From the IMG/VR virus record IMGVR_UViG_3300033048_000096: DNA of 64,000 nucleotides; one strand, written 5' to 3'. A model generated the notes under the pieces. The model searched no databases, was not told the DNA's origin, and worked only from the letters and a program-made list of their open reading frames with translations. Position numbers and translations under genes: made by a program. Positions 42,301 to 52,273 of this stretch are shown here, piece after piece (the first letter of the stretch is position 1; the number at the start of each line of letters is the position of its first letter). Source of the stretch: a virus.

Positions 42301-42565
42301 AGAATAGCTCTGTCCTTCCGCTTATTATTGGTGAATTTAGGAGACTGAAAAATTTTCCAGAAGCTAGACCGGTCGGGCTACAAGATGCGTCACCATCCCT
42401 ACCGTCTCCTATAGCTGCATCGATAACGGTCTCTTCTCTTAGACCCTCACCCATTATGCATGGTATTCGCAAGCCACCTGGGATAGAGACTCCCCTAGAG
42501 ATTACTCTGTCTCTAGCGAATGCGCCAGGCTGAATAAATCCTGATATTCCTGGGATTGAAGCCAT
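39356..42565 (-). CDS. Contractile tail sheath protein, enlarged
   Basis: 1069 aa. N-terminal QPGAFAR; C-terminal sheath core (WFEAFESLE, HVETMS...KER, MAAAASG, PLTFKTL, EEISIRFVRD, PFPINFVFI). SD GGAGG. Confidence 0.93.
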   Translation of the reverse strand: MASIPGISGFIQPGAFARDRVISRGVSIPGGLRIPCIMGEGLREETVIDAAIGDGRDGDASCSPTGLASGKFFSLLNSPIISGRTELFLNGNQLRGLEDQIDSSPFDGDFDFRLDISSGCIELQGASIGDQNGSKFSASTLNVGDGVIVDGTCGINDLISILDENAPEERWTVRVIGVIRDSNGDSIPGLTTFTVSGSVSGQLTDAFAQPILFHDSYYTGTAGAVSGTQEACDDGFVVADSLGFGTGAAASIVGDATPLTTRFFEFSGNLIAQGQALVGDELCIDGYIGIEIDDIDYDSGTDVTTLTLATDSIAYDVSASDWEIRATNLFIDDPSVLHNDVTGVPTTEGSFTSGELGKVLSICSGDSQGFYRVDQVTSSRRLRVSSLSDSALGFPNLLDDDADGLAEIGLEFHMLETNGVIIFGINPGLVPFSVGDKFFIDVNSKVLKENDRLEAKYIALSDINDPQLFVSSAELSVKHGQESLSNTLSLGAKLCFENQSPFVLAVQCKPPIPRRTSVTLLPEIDANGSGGFQACGGLAVDCEADDLTFVIPLPVSGLQKARPDIETQVNIFIVRGGLETQIFPNKVGFYNPQLESPTGQTQFISSPDTTFSYTIINTDTKVTGQGFNGDITAADGIFSTAEVDFDGEDVGQVIVIQSLETSSGAVLTTSDDISAHLFGVTTTGVELVITGVVNDSTVTVAGNVTGLPIVLSDAVDIQFFIKDLSDTTNLRSSLLLHRDLVDSGAMQVGDGVRISYIDEVDADFFDTNWFEAFESLEAEDCQMVIPLPLQNRGGIFRAAIQHVETMSTIAIQKERITMFGAQQGVTASALLGLEEVAVEDIGVLEGIQGDDPEEVLDGNTEDLQNFKLSDNYTSNRSVYFYPDQIVRPINGTNTFIDGFYMAAAASGYFASTQNVAIPLTFKTLSGFSILRDKKFRPTILNQLGAEGATVVQPVIGGGQVLAGRTTSQSGFIEDEEISIRFVRDRVKEELRQGMRPFVGTVEDNNTQGVMTSRVVGLMISLVSRGLVTEFKNVRVERNKIDPRQWDIFLLYSPPFPINFVFIDLEVGIL

Positions 42566-42631
42566 TTAATTCCTCCGATTCTTTATGTATAGACTGATCA
42601 TTTTAAATTTTTATATTAGTAGTTGTTAACT

Positions 42632-43444
42632 TTAGAGATTAATCTCTGCAATTTCAATTATATCATCAAACTTTAACGCTTGTACCGAGGATATACTTGA
42701 TACACCCGGTATGTGATGCTTTATCACATCAAAGTAAAAAATAACTTTTTCAATAACATTCTCTAGTGGTATTTCCACTCTCCACTCCGAACGCGTATTT
42801 ATCGTTATGGTATGATTAAATACGTAAGCATTCGCATAAGGTTCTGCATTTTCACCGCTAACATTTAGGGTTTTAATGAACAAACCATTTGCTCTCAATT
42901 CATTATATGAAACGTACTGTAATATCATTTTAACTATCTCTGTTATTTCTTCAAGCTCACTATGACTATCGGAATAGATAGAAATATCAAAATTCATATC
43001 CCAAGCGCCGGCATAAACTCGGTGAGTGGGTGTTTTGATTTCTGTTACTTTGCCAAACTCATTCGTTAATAAATCTTTTCGATACTTTATAGTCGAGTTT
43101 TGATTGAAAGAAATAGGATTATAAGAACCGCCACCAGACTTAACAGTTATTGCTGGATAAAACTTTATCTCAGTCCTAAAGACATCACTTATTAAGATCT
43201 TAGTCGTTGATGGATCATCTATGCTAAGACCTGTCAAATTAGGGGTCGCAGGAAATCCATACTCATCAGCTCTATATGTATATATGTTGTCGCGACTAAA
43301 ATGCTTTCTCAATATATCTATTAGTAAATTTTTAGGCTGAACTATAGATACATTCTGTATGATCTGATTGTCAGAGAAAAAATTAGAATATACCCTATGA
43401 TCTGCGTTAAATCCAGAGGGTAATGCTTGTTGATTTATTGGCAT
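42632..43444 (-). CDS. Tail terminator/tail completion protein
   Basis: 270 aa immediately upstream of the sheath; FYPAITVK and WDMNFDISIYS..ELEEITE fit the tail-completion fold. Confidence 0.65.
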   Translation of the reverse strand: MPINQQALPSGFNADHRVYSNFFSDNQIIQNVSIVQPKNLLIDILRKHFSRDNIYTYRADEYGFPATPNLTGLSIDDPSTTKILISDVFRTEIKFYPAITVKSGGGSYNPISFNQNSTIKYRKDLLTNEFGKVTEIKTPTHRVYAGAWDMNFDISIYSDSHSELEEITEIVKMILQYVSYNELRANGLFIKTLNVSGENAEPYANAYVFNHTITINTRSEWRVEIPLENVIEKVIFYFDVIKHHIPGVSSISSVQALKFDDIIEIAEINL

Positions 43445-43465
43445 TTGATTTTATCCTATATTACA

Positions 43466-43801
43466 TTACCGCATATTGATAGGTAAATATACCAAATCTT
43501 CTATATTTTTAGCTTGCTCGCAAAAATGCTTTATCTTAGATATATGACGATCAAGCTTATCTTTGTCCTCAAAGTCACCATCTTTGATTACAATTCTCTT
43601 CCTTATTAAAAGCTCAACAATAACGCCTTCATCACTTATGAGGTCATTTCCTGATACTATCTCTATACATGAGTTGTCTGATATTACTTTCGAATCCTCA
43701 AAATTAAGCTTATTAAATATATATGATACCACATTATCAATCGTCTTGTTGAATTCAGAACTTCGTGATTCTATCTTATTAAAGATTTTTACAGAGAACA
43801 T
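43466..43801 (-). CDS. Hypothetical protein
   Basis: 111 aa, coupled to the upstream gene by a 1-bp overlap. Confidence 0.55.
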   Translation of the reverse strand: MFSVKIFNKIESRSSEFNKTIDNVVSYIFNKLNFEDSKVISDNSCIEIVSGNDLISDEGVIVELLIRKRIVIKDGDFEDKDKLDRHISKIKHFCEQAKNIEDLVYLPINMR

Positions 43802-44313
43802 TATTTCACCTCATATTCATTCATTGTTTCGTCAATTATTATATTTATATTTATCGGTCTAAATTTACTGTGAATATGGGAAGCATTTAACTCAACACCA
43901 TAAGTGCCTGAAGGTAACCTAGCCTCCCAATAACCATCAGAATCTGTCGTTCTAGTCTTTAACACTGCCCCTTCAGGAGAGAATATCTTAACGTAGACAT
44001 CTTTAATCGGCTTTTTTCTCTGATTTTTAACTCTACCAAAAACCTTTATGGTCTGAGCAATCTCAGAAACAGGCGAGGCTGAAGGGGAGGTGCGAACGAT
44101 CGGCGCGATCGGCGCGGAAGCCGATGGCGCTACCGCTGATGGCCCCCCAGCTGACCCTCCAGGTCCCGAACTGTTTTTTGACGAACTTAACTTCATAAGC
44201 TTGTTGTTCAATAACTTAATGTTACTGTCCATTACATCCAGCCTCTTATTCACTTCGGAAATTTCATCTAAAATTTTATATATAGCTTCAATGGCAGACC
44301 GCTCTTTACTCAT
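43801..44313 (-). CDS. Coiled coil + Pro/Ala linker + transthyretin/carboxypeptidase-regulatory-like beta domain protein
   Basis: VFGRVKNQRKKPIKDVYVKI...TTDSDGYWEARLPSGTYGVEL is the prealbumin-like fold pattern. Confidence 0.65.
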   Translation of the reverse strand: MSKERSAIEAIYKILDEISEVNKRLDVMDSNIKLLNNKLMKLSSSKNSSGPGGSAGGPSAVAPSASAPIAPIVRTSPSASPVSEIAQTIKVFGRVKNQRKKPIKDVYVKIFSPEGAVLKTRTTDSDGYWEARLPSGTYGVELNASHIHSKFRPININIIIDETMNEYEVK

Positions 44314-44325
44314 ATGTTAACTCTC

Positions 44326-47300
44326 TTATGTGCTTGTTCTAACTGTATTGCTAATCTCAATTATACCGTCAACAACAGGAACTGATGGGTACTCAATCAC
44401 TATCGATGAATTGCTGCCAAGATTTGGTGATGAATTTGTTATAATATTATTTGAAATAATTATATCCTTCATCGTGGAACTTGATGATTCAGTAAACTTA
44501 ATGGCTCCATTCTCTAATCCCATATTGTTTAATCTACATCCAGAAAAAATTAAATTTCCCATCTCAAGATCACTTTCGGGGATTAATGTTACTGAATTTT
44601 GCTGACCAATAATCATGGCGTACTCTCCGACTCGATTCGGATCGACCGCTACACCATCTATAGTACTTGGCCCATCAAAAATTATATTTTGAATTTTAAA
44701 ACTAGCTTCTCTTGACACGTCAGAACCGGACTTTGATAACGCTTGAGTTAATGCAATTACACATCCAACATTATCCAGTAATGAACTGTCGGTCTGATAA
44801 GTGAAGTTACTTACGGAAATTCCATAAATTATATCGGCAGATGAAGTGTCTGAACTAGAACCTAACATAAATAACGCAGTTCCTAAATCAACATTGTCTC
44901 CTGATAAAGATGTTCCTAAAGCAAGCGCTCCTGATTTCTTAATTATCGTTCCAGGGCCAGAACCAGAAATTGATAGGTCAAAATCTATAACTATAGTAGA
45001 ACTTACCTCGTAAGAACCATTCTCTATCAAAATCGAAGGCCTTCCCACAGTAGGGAACATTTTCCTAAACCTATTGCTGTATTTTACCGCATCACTTATT
45101 GACGTGAAATGCCCATGCCTAGGATCTACTGAAACTTTTATATCTCCCAATACTTTTAAATCCAAATTGTCAATAAATAATCTAAGATCAACCTCGGTAG
45201 CAGTAAATCCGTCATTAACGACCTCAGATAATGTCGCAACCTCTTGATCGAAAAATGGAGATATGAACTCACCAGGATTGTTGGGGTTGTCAATCGCAGG
45301 CTTAGCAACAACGCATCCTCTGCTGTCAATTATTACGTAATAATCAGAATCAGTATTCACTCTTATATCTTCCTGACCCGGAAACTCAAATCGTATCCCA
45401 TTCACTAAAGGAATTCCGGCACCCACGCTAAACGTTTGGTAAACCTCAGTGCCAGTATCAATATATATAGGGTTAGAAACTAGGCAACCCCTAACTATAC
45501 CACTAGCTCTTATCTCGTTTCTAGGGCCCTCTATGAATTTCTCTATAAAAGAATCACCTATGATCGTCGCATCAGATGTGCCAGACCGACGCTTGTCTGT
45601 TAGGACTGGTATGCCAGGATCAGTTGATGATCCAAGAATTCTACCAAGTGATGTCGAAAATCCGCCGCGAGAAAGATGATAGTTGTTTTGGCTTATCTCG
45701 TTAAAACCGTATAAAGTTACCTGCTGCTGAATTAATGGAGGGGCAGATGCACTGACATCTAATGTTATAAACGATAGACCGTCACTACCAAATATCTTAT
45801 AACTTCCTGAGGCGCCAACAAATACTTGAGAACCATCTAACAAATCTGGACCTGTTAACTTAGCAAACCCATCAGACTCAATTGTTAATACCCCAACCTC
45901 TCCAGACGTTATAAACCCTCTAGATATATCAGATACCGAAGCGAAAAAAGTGCCGCTCCTTAACGAACTCTCAATCTCCAAACGCTTCGAGTTAAATATA
46001 TTCTTTTCTTCTGACAGGAACGTATCAAATATTATCGTCCCATCTATTGACAATATCTCTTCGAAAGTTAATTCACCAACGTTAGACGTAGCTCTTATGA
46101 AGTGAATTAATGAATCGTCATCTAATGCCCCAGAAAAAGTCGTGCCAGACAAATCCAAATTAGCAACACCAAGCAAGACAGAACCAACTCTATAACTGCC
46201 ATCATCAATGGGACCGGTAGAACCAGTAACTATAGCTATGTCACCTTCTCTAATTCCACTGGATGATAAGTTTCCATCAAATAATGACAAAGTTAAAGTT
46301 CCGCTTATCATCTCAATTGATGAATTGTCAAAACTCTGAACCAAACCGAAGCCACTTAGAATGTTTCCGTTCAAATTTAAACTATTTCCAGTCTCACCCT
46401 CAAACTCAATATCCAATAAAGATGACAAACCTAATGCTGCAGTACCATCATTGGAAGAACCTAATGATACTAAAATAGTCCTGTTTATACTGTCACCAGA
46501 TATGTTAGGCATGTTATGAGATAAAGCAAGCTCATAACATTGGTTTTTTATAACCTTATATGCCGTTATATTAAGATGACTATCTACGGCTATATCATTT
46601 ATTGACTGCATTATGGAATCTATTGACTGCTCAGAAACAGAAGAGTTGTATGTATCAATAGTTACCGGAGTTCCTCCGTCAATTGTTATGTCAAATGAAC
46701 CTGATGACGAAGTTATATTGCTAGGTATAATACCTGATGAAATTATTGTGCTTGAATCAGGGTTCAATACCTGAACATCCGGAGTGTTCGTCTTGTTAGC
46801 TCTAGGTCTAACTGTAGAAATAAATCCACCCAGATTATAGGACTTGTAAGTGTTTTTAGATATTTTAATTAGTAACCCAGACTCAGGCGCACTAAGAGGT
46901 CCTCCGTGCACGATCACTGACTGCAGTAACCCGAAAGTATCTATCGTAACTTCCGAAATCTGATACTCTCTATTGTCATCTTCGCTCGTTAATCCACTTA
47001 ATGTTAAAATGTCAAACTCCGAAATGTCACCAAGAGGAGTCTCGCCGGTTGTTAACGAAAATGTGGTAAACGCAGAACCAGAAGATTGAATATATGATGC
47101 TGAGGTTAAGTCGAGCAATAGGCTGCCTAGATTATTACCCTCAAAACCATCGAAAGTTGAACCAGTTCTAACCCTACCGTTAGAACTTATATTTAATATT
47201 GTATTTTTAAAACCAACAGTCTCTATGTTAGCTAAATCATCAATGGCTCCCTGTAAATCATTCGAAAATATAACCTCAGAAGTATTCGTCGTGTCATAGA

Positions 47301-47919
47301 AAATTTGAGAAGATAAATGAGAGTTATTTAATGCTGATATATTGGCCCCAGTGTAATTAATATGAGAATTGTAAATCCCCTCAAGAGCCACCTGTAGGGT
47401 GTTTGCCGCCAAAGATAGGCCTGCAATGTCAGATGCTATGACGGACCCCTGAGAGACCGCTATGGAGGTCGCTGAGTGCCTGTTCGTTGACGTTGGCTCC
47501 ACGTGTATCGAGAATGTTGTGGATAATTCCTCCAACCCACTCCTTATTAAATCTAGATTGTTATTTAATATCGAAATCTCATCCTGAAGTAATGTGGTCG
47601 GGTAATCAAGACGCAACTTGGACTCGCTTATCGAAGCTACCTTAGATACGTCAGAGTCGATTATTGGACCAGATAAAACATTGGCACGACTAAGGGCTTC
47701 ATCTAATATGTTTCCATTGCTATCTAATGATTTATTTATCCTCTCAGATAATGTGTTGCCAGCGGAACCCTGGGGGTTTATACCTAAGGTTGATTCGATT
47801 TTAAATATAGCAGACCTAATGCTATTTATAACATCAGAACCTATCTCTGTAATATTATCTCTGACAGGAGGTATCTCAATCGATGTATCTAGCTGCTGTG
47901 GATATTTTGATTTTGGCAT
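44326..47919 (-). CDS. Fibre/appendage protein 2 with C-terminal pectin-lyase-like beta-helix
   Basis: 1197 aa. HFTSISDAV...ILIENGSYEV...ISGSGPGTII is a typical beta-helix entry. Paralog of 47934..52244. Confidence 0.65.
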   Translation of the reverse strand: MPKSKYPQQLDTSIEIPPVRDNITEIGSDVINSIRSAIFKIESTLGINPQGSAGNTLSERINKSLDSNGNILDEALSRANVLSGPIIDSDVSKVASISESKLRLDYPTTLLQDEISILNNNLDLIRSGLEELSTTFSIHVEPTSTNRHSATSIAVSQGSVIASDIAGLSLAANTLQVALEGIYNSHINYTGANISALNNSHLSSQIFYDTTNTSEVIFSNDLQGAIDDLANIETVGFKNTILNISSNGRVRTGSTFDGFEGNNLGSLLLDLTSASYIQSSGSAFTTFSLTTGETPLGDISEFDILTLSGLTSEDDNREYQISEVTIDTFGLLQSVIVHGGPLSAPESGLLIKISKNTYKSYNLGGFISTVRPRANKTNTPDVQVLNPDSSTIISSGIIPSNITSSSGSFDITIDGGTPVTIDTYNSSVSEQSIDSIMQSINDIAVDSHLNITAYKVIKNQCYELALSHNMPNISGDSINRTILVSLGSSNDGTAALGLSSLLDIEFEGETGNSLNLNGNILSGFGLVQSFDNSSIEMISGTLTLSLFDGNLSSSGIREGDIAIVTGSTGPIDDGSYRVGSVLLGVANLDLSGTTFSGALDDDSLIHFIRATSNVGELTFEEILSIDGTIIFDTFLSEEKNIFNSKRLEIESSLRSGTFFASVSDISRGFITSGEVGVLTIESDGFAKLTGPDLLDGSQVFVGASGSYKIFGSDGLSFITLDVSASAPPLIQQQVTLYGFNEISQNNYHLSRGGFSTSLGRILGSSTDPGIPVLTDKRRSGTSDATIIGDSFIEKFIEGPRNEIRASGIVRGCLVSNPIYIDTGTEVYQTFSVGAGIPLVNGIRFEFPGQEDIRVNTDSDYYVIIDSRGCVVAKPAIDNPNNPGEFISPFFDQEVATLSEVVNDGFTATEVDLRLFIDNLDLKVLGDIKVSVDPRHGHFTSISDAVKYSNRFRKMFPTVGRPSILIENGSYEVSSTIVIDFDLSISGSGPGTIIKKSGALALGTSLSGDNVDLGTALFMLGSSSDTSSADIIYGISVSNFTYQTDSSLLDNVGCVIALTQALSKSGSDVSREASFKIQNIIFDGPSTIDGVAVDPNRVGEYAMIIGQQNSVTLIPESDLEMGNLIFSGCRLNNMGLENGAIKFTESSSSTMKDIIISNNIITNSSPNLGSNSSIVIEYPSVPVVDGIIEISNTVRTST

Positions 47920-47933
47920 GTTATTTTACCCCG

Positions 47934-50900
47934 TTAAAATCCTAATGTACTTTCTACATCATTTGTTTGAATAGTTAGCCGAATCCAATATACGTCTAAA
48001 TTAGAAGCTAGGTTATGAGTTATTGTTACGAAGAATAATGCGCCGCCCGAACCGGAAACGCTAAAGCTCGTAGTTCCTGATGTATTTGATATTAAATTTA
48101 TAGTTTTTATATTCGAACTTCCTGCCGTAGGGGACGAAGTACCAACCTCAGACGCTGTTAGCATATCCTGGGTAGAACTACCTCCGCCAGTAGAACCTGT
48201 AAGTATAGAACCTGTCCAGGTAACTAACTCTGATGGATCTTGCTGGACTCCTAACGTTAATCCGGTTATTACCTCTCCAGGGTGCAAATCCTCAACCCTT
48301 AACCTAAGCGTTTGGCCAGTCTCTAATTCCGCAACACCCCATATTAGATTACTTAAGTCCTGCGAATTAAGAGCACGCTCCCGATAAAGTGGCGAATCTC
48401 CAAATGTACTGAATGCATACCCAGAACCGGACGTTCCTTTGTTAAACTCATCCATAGTATAAAGCCTAGTTCTTGTCTTAGAATTATTATACTTGTAATT
48501 CTCACCCGATATGTCCGAGCCAACAGTCAATCCCCTACTTAACCTATCTCCCCAAGGAATGTTACCGTCAGGATCGATTTTAGGACCCGAAGCGTCAGAG
48601 TTCGGAAGAGCGTTGTCAGCAATTATATTGCCAAAGAAATTGATATTACTCTCAGAAGGTGAACCTGACAGATCAAATATATGACCAGAACCTTCCACTC
48701 TAACCAAATAGTTATCAGTGCCGCCAGAAGAATTAGACGCATCACCCCGGGATGTATTGTTTGTGATATTTATATTTCTCCAGTCTGATGCGCGCTGAAC
48801 AAAACTTATATGAGAATTTAAAAATTGACAATTAGAGATCGTTATATTACCAACATCAGTACCGTTAGTTACATCTACTTGCTCCATCCTTATACCAATG
48901 TTATTTGAACTAAAATTAAGATCCTCAGTTCCATCAAAAGTAACAGAATCAACTGTTATCCCGAAATTTAACTTGTTTCCAGTGTTAGGATCATCAGTCG
49001 CTGGATCAAGAACCAAAATTCTTGAATTTCTCATTCTAAAATCTTTCAGAGTTATGAAGCCATCGCTGAATACCGAAGAATCTCCAGAAGGTAAGGTCGT
49101 AAGACCAGATCCAGGGATAAGTATGCGACCCCTATATATTCCGGAATTGTTCTTGTCAGCCTGACTGGGAGTTCTGTTGTCAGTAAATGTATTGAATAAA
49201 TTTAAAACAGTAGAATCACCCTCCCCAATAAGTCTGACAGGAAAGTTAATCCATATCCCGTCGTTATACTCTGATGTGAGGGCCGCAGAATCATTGGACG
49301 CTAATGCTACTGTCGTGGGATGATCTACGTATATATTATACTCGCCAGACTTCATCTGCACTGTAGGTACTCCAGCTTTTGGAAACACCTCCGAAAATCT
49401 CTTGGCATACCTCAAGGCTTTACCAACACTAGTGAAATGAGCCATGCCAGGCTGGTTACTTACCGTAATGGAATTCAATATCTTCAAATCTAAATCATTT
49501 ATAAATAACCTAAGATCAATGTTGTTTATCACCGATCCATCAAACTCTAATGATGAAAGAATACATACCTCCGATGATTCAAATGGTGACTTGCAGTCAG
49601 ATGTTGACGCCTCAACCCTTATTATGCCATCCTCATCTATCGCTATAAATATCTTGTCAATCACAGAAGAATCAATGTCAGATATTATTACTGATATAGT
49701 ATCTATTGAAATTTTCCGACCCTTTATATAACAATACCCATTCGTAATATCAAAAGTGTATAACCCCGATGTAGTTGTCTCATTAATTATCTCTAAACCA
49801 TAAACTACACCATTAGACCTAAGCTCATTAAGCGGACTCTCAACCATAAAGCCTATAGCCTCAGATGATATATCCTTTATACCAATATTACCCCTGGAAA
49901 GTATAGATCTTATCCTGGGCGAACCAACGCCTCCATCTATCCTACCGTTGAAATTATTAAAAGCAACTCTAGATATTAAAAGATTAGAGTCCAGATTTAC
50001 ACCGCCAAATCCAAACAAATTAATCGATATATCTGTGCCGGAAGAAGTTATTTTAGTTATCAAATCAGAAACACTAGGGATCATGAACTTAAGACTTACA
50101 TTTTCTAATCCAGATTTTACCCACACATAACTGTTGTTACCTCGAACATCCACACTGTCGCCAGAATCCAAAGAAATGCTGACCGAATTTATATCGGAAG
50201 AAATCTGAAGATTAAACGCCTTGTCAGAAATATCTCCGCGGAAATCAACAAGAATCGCCAACGAAGATGAACCAAGTATAGACGCGCTATACTCAAATCG
50301 TTTCGAACTAAAAACATTTCGATCCGAAGATACGAAAATGTCAGATAATATAGAGCCGAATGTACTACTAACCTTATCAAATATTACAGAATCGAATGAT
50401 ACTATATTGGAATGAACCCTAAATCTAGTGCTATCCTGACTCGCCCCAGAAAACCCGGATGGCAACTGATCGCTACTTAAAATAAGCTGGGTTGATGTAA
50501 CTGACTCAATTACATAACTTCCGTCATCTGAGGCGTTGACCGAATCAGATATTACCAGCAAATCACCAGACTTTAAACCTAAACTTATCAGATCTAAACC
50601 AGAAGAGGAACTACCAACAATTAATGTCGTTGACAAAAATATCAACCCAGTAGAATCAAGCTTTACACTGAGACCCTCATAATTGCTGCCGTTTATATAG
50701 TACGCCGAACCATACTCTGATGATATTACTTTATCTTCTATTGATGAAAATCCACATGCATCTATACCACTGTCGGATGAACGGCTCAACGTTATTGTGT
50801 GCGTCTCCGAATCTTCATCAGGCAAATTATGAGATATAGCTACCTCAGATGACTTGTTCGAGTAATCAACTCTGTAGGCGAAAAAATTAGAGGCGTTTTC

Positions 50901-52244
50901 AGCTGATTGCTCATTAATTCTACTTACAATAGAATCAATACTCTGAGTAACTAACCCGCCAGAATATAAATCTATAGACCCAGAGGTTCCAGAATCTAAT
51001 GATATACCCAAAAACCTATTCGATGTCGTTATCTCCAAAGGTCTAATTCCAGATGAAATTACCTTCACGGAATTTGGATTGCAAATCTGTACCGTTCTCG
51101 CAGAACTAAGTAAAGCCTCCTCCCTCACAGAAGATAATAAACTTACCTGATTCGTTGTAGCTCTTATATTCTTACTTATCGTACCTAAAGTTATCGAAGT
51201 AGAGTCGGCGAAAAATAAACCATACACATCTATACTGACTAGATTTCCAGATATAATGGAAAAACTATCTATCTCGTAAGAACCAGAGTAAAGAAAACTG
51301 CTGTCACTTAAATCAGAAATGTTTAATATGTCCGACTTAGATAAATTAAAATCACCAACTGGTAGTATGTCATTTATAGTTACAGTCGATATACCTGATG
51401 AATTCCCTAAGGATATGTCAAATGATATCGATATATCCTCGGCTAATATATTACCTAGACCAGAATTTAAAGACGAATCAATCTCGCCAACATTAAGTAT
51501 ACCATTAGTATGATGCAAATTTTGATGGTCAATCTTTGAGTTTAATGCCGAATTAGCTACCTCCTCCATAGCATTTTGCATATCTACCGAAGATATGATC
51601 GCACTTACATTGTCATTGTCGAAATAAATCTGACCAGCAATATGAGAGTTGTTATCCGAAGCTATATTAACCCCTGAATATCCGATGTGAGAATCAACTA
51701 CCACCTCAAATGTCGACTGACTGCTGCCAGATGGTAAGTTTGCTAAAGCTGTATCACTAGGGGCAACTACATGTGATGATACAGAAATTGATGAAGCAGG
51801 ATGCCTGTTCGTTGAACTTGAATTTATATGCGCAGAAAGAGTCACACTTAACTCTTCCGCTTGATTAATTAAAATCTCTATGCTGGAATTAAGTATCGAA
51901 ATCTCATCCTGAAGCAATGTGGTCGGGTAATCAAGACGCAACTTAGACTCTCTTATTGATGCTACCCTCGATACATCAGCGTCAATTATTGGGCCGGATA
52001 AAATGTTGGTGCGATCAATGGCCTCTGTACGTATATTTCCGTTGCCATCTAATGATTTATTTATCCTTTCAGATAATGTGTTGCCCACAGCGCCCTGAGG
52101 GTTTATTCCTAAAACCTTTTCTATGTTAAAGATCGCAGATCTGATGCTGTTTATTGCGTCAGATCCAACCTCTAGAACATTATCTCTGACTGGCGGTATC
52201 TCTACCGATGTGTCTAATTGTTGTGGATATTTTGATTTTGGCAT
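47934..52244 (-). CDS. Fibre/appendage protein 1 with pectin-lyase-like beta-helix and an extra C-terminal domain
   Basis: 1436 aa. Same N-terminus (MPKSKYPQQLDTS); HFTSVGKAL...MKSGEY...LIGEGDSTVL; N/I-rich beta-helix rungs. Confidence 0.65.
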   Translation of the reverse strand: MPKSKYPQQLDTSVEIPPVRDNVLEVGSDAINSIRSAIFNIEKVLGINPQGAVGNTLSERINKSLDGNGNIRTEAIDRTNILSGPIIDADVSRVASIRESKLRLDYPTTLLQDEISILNSSIEILINQAEELSVTLSAHINSSSTNRHPASSISVSSHVVAPSDTALANLPSGSSQSTFEVVVDSHIGYSGVNIASDNNSHIAGQIYFDNDNVSAIISSVDMQNAMEEVANSALNSKIDHQNLHHTNGILNVGEIDSSLNSGLGNILAEDISISFDISLGNSSGISTVTINDILPVGDFNLSKSDILNISDLSDSSFLYSGSYEIDSFSIISGNLVSIDVYGLFFADSTSITLGTISKNIRATTNQVSLLSSVREEALLSSARTVQICNPNSVKVISSGIRPLEITTSNRFLGISLDSGTSGSIDLYSGGLVTQSIDSIVSRINEQSAENASNFFAYRVDYSNKSSEVAISHNLPDEDSETHTITLSRSSDSGIDACGFSSIEDKVISSEYGSAYYINGSNYEGLSVKLDSTGLIFLSTTLIVGSSSSGLDLISLGLKSGDLLVISDSVNASDDGSYVIESVTSTQLILSSDQLPSGFSGASQDSTRFRVHSNIVSFDSVIFDKVSSTFGSILSDIFVSSDRNVFSSKRFEYSASILGSSSLAILVDFRGDISDKAFNLQISSDINSVSISLDSGDSVDVRGNNSYVWVKSGLENVSLKFMIPSVSDLITKITSSGTDISINLFGFGGVNLDSNLLISRVAFNNFNGRIDGGVGSPRIRSILSRGNIGIKDISSEAIGFMVESPLNELRSNGVVYGLEIINETTTSGLYTFDITNGYCYIKGRKISIDTISVIISDIDSSVIDKIFIAIDEDGIIRVEASTSDCKSPFESSEVCILSSLEFDGSVINNIDLRLFINDLDLKILNSITVSNQPGMAHFTSVGKALRYAKRFSEVFPKAGVPTVQMKSGEYNIYVDHPTTVALASNDSAALTSEYNDGIWINFPVRLIGEGDSTVLNLFNTFTDNRTPSQADKNNSGIYRGRILIPGSGLTTLPSGDSSVFSDGFITLKDFRMRNSRILVLDPATDDPNTGNKLNFGITVDSVTFDGTEDLNFSSNNIGIRMEQVDVTNGTDVGNITISNCQFLNSHISFVQRASDWRNINITNNTSRGDASNSSGGTDNYLVRVEGSGHIFDLSGSPSESNINFFGNIIADNALPNSDASGPKIDPDGNIPWGDRLSRGLTVGSDISGENYKYNNSKTRTRLYTMDEFNKGTSGSGYAFSTFGDSPLYRERALNSQDLSNLIWGVAELETGQTLRLRVEDLHPGEVITGLTLGVQQDPSELVTWTGSILTGSTGGGSSTQDMLTASEVGTSSPTAGSSNIKTINLISNTSGTTSFSVSGSGGALFFVTITHNLASNLDVYWIRLTIQTNDVESTLGF

Positions 52245-52273
52245 ATTACCTCTTTAGCTACCGAAAAAATTTA

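Noticed and set aside
585-43444. Bacterial extracellular contractile injection system or tailocin
   Set aside because: Head-tail adaptor and head-closure-like genes, G/GT frameshift, homing-type endonucleases and small phage-like ORFs are present; no Afp15-like AAA ATPase is seen. A phage fits better, although capsid and terminase genes are outside the window.
44326-52244. Diversity-generating retroelement or invertase shufflon acting on the fibre genes
   Set aside because: Repeats are direct and at the 5' ends, mismatches are not confined to adenines, and no reverse transcriptase or recombinase is present in the window.
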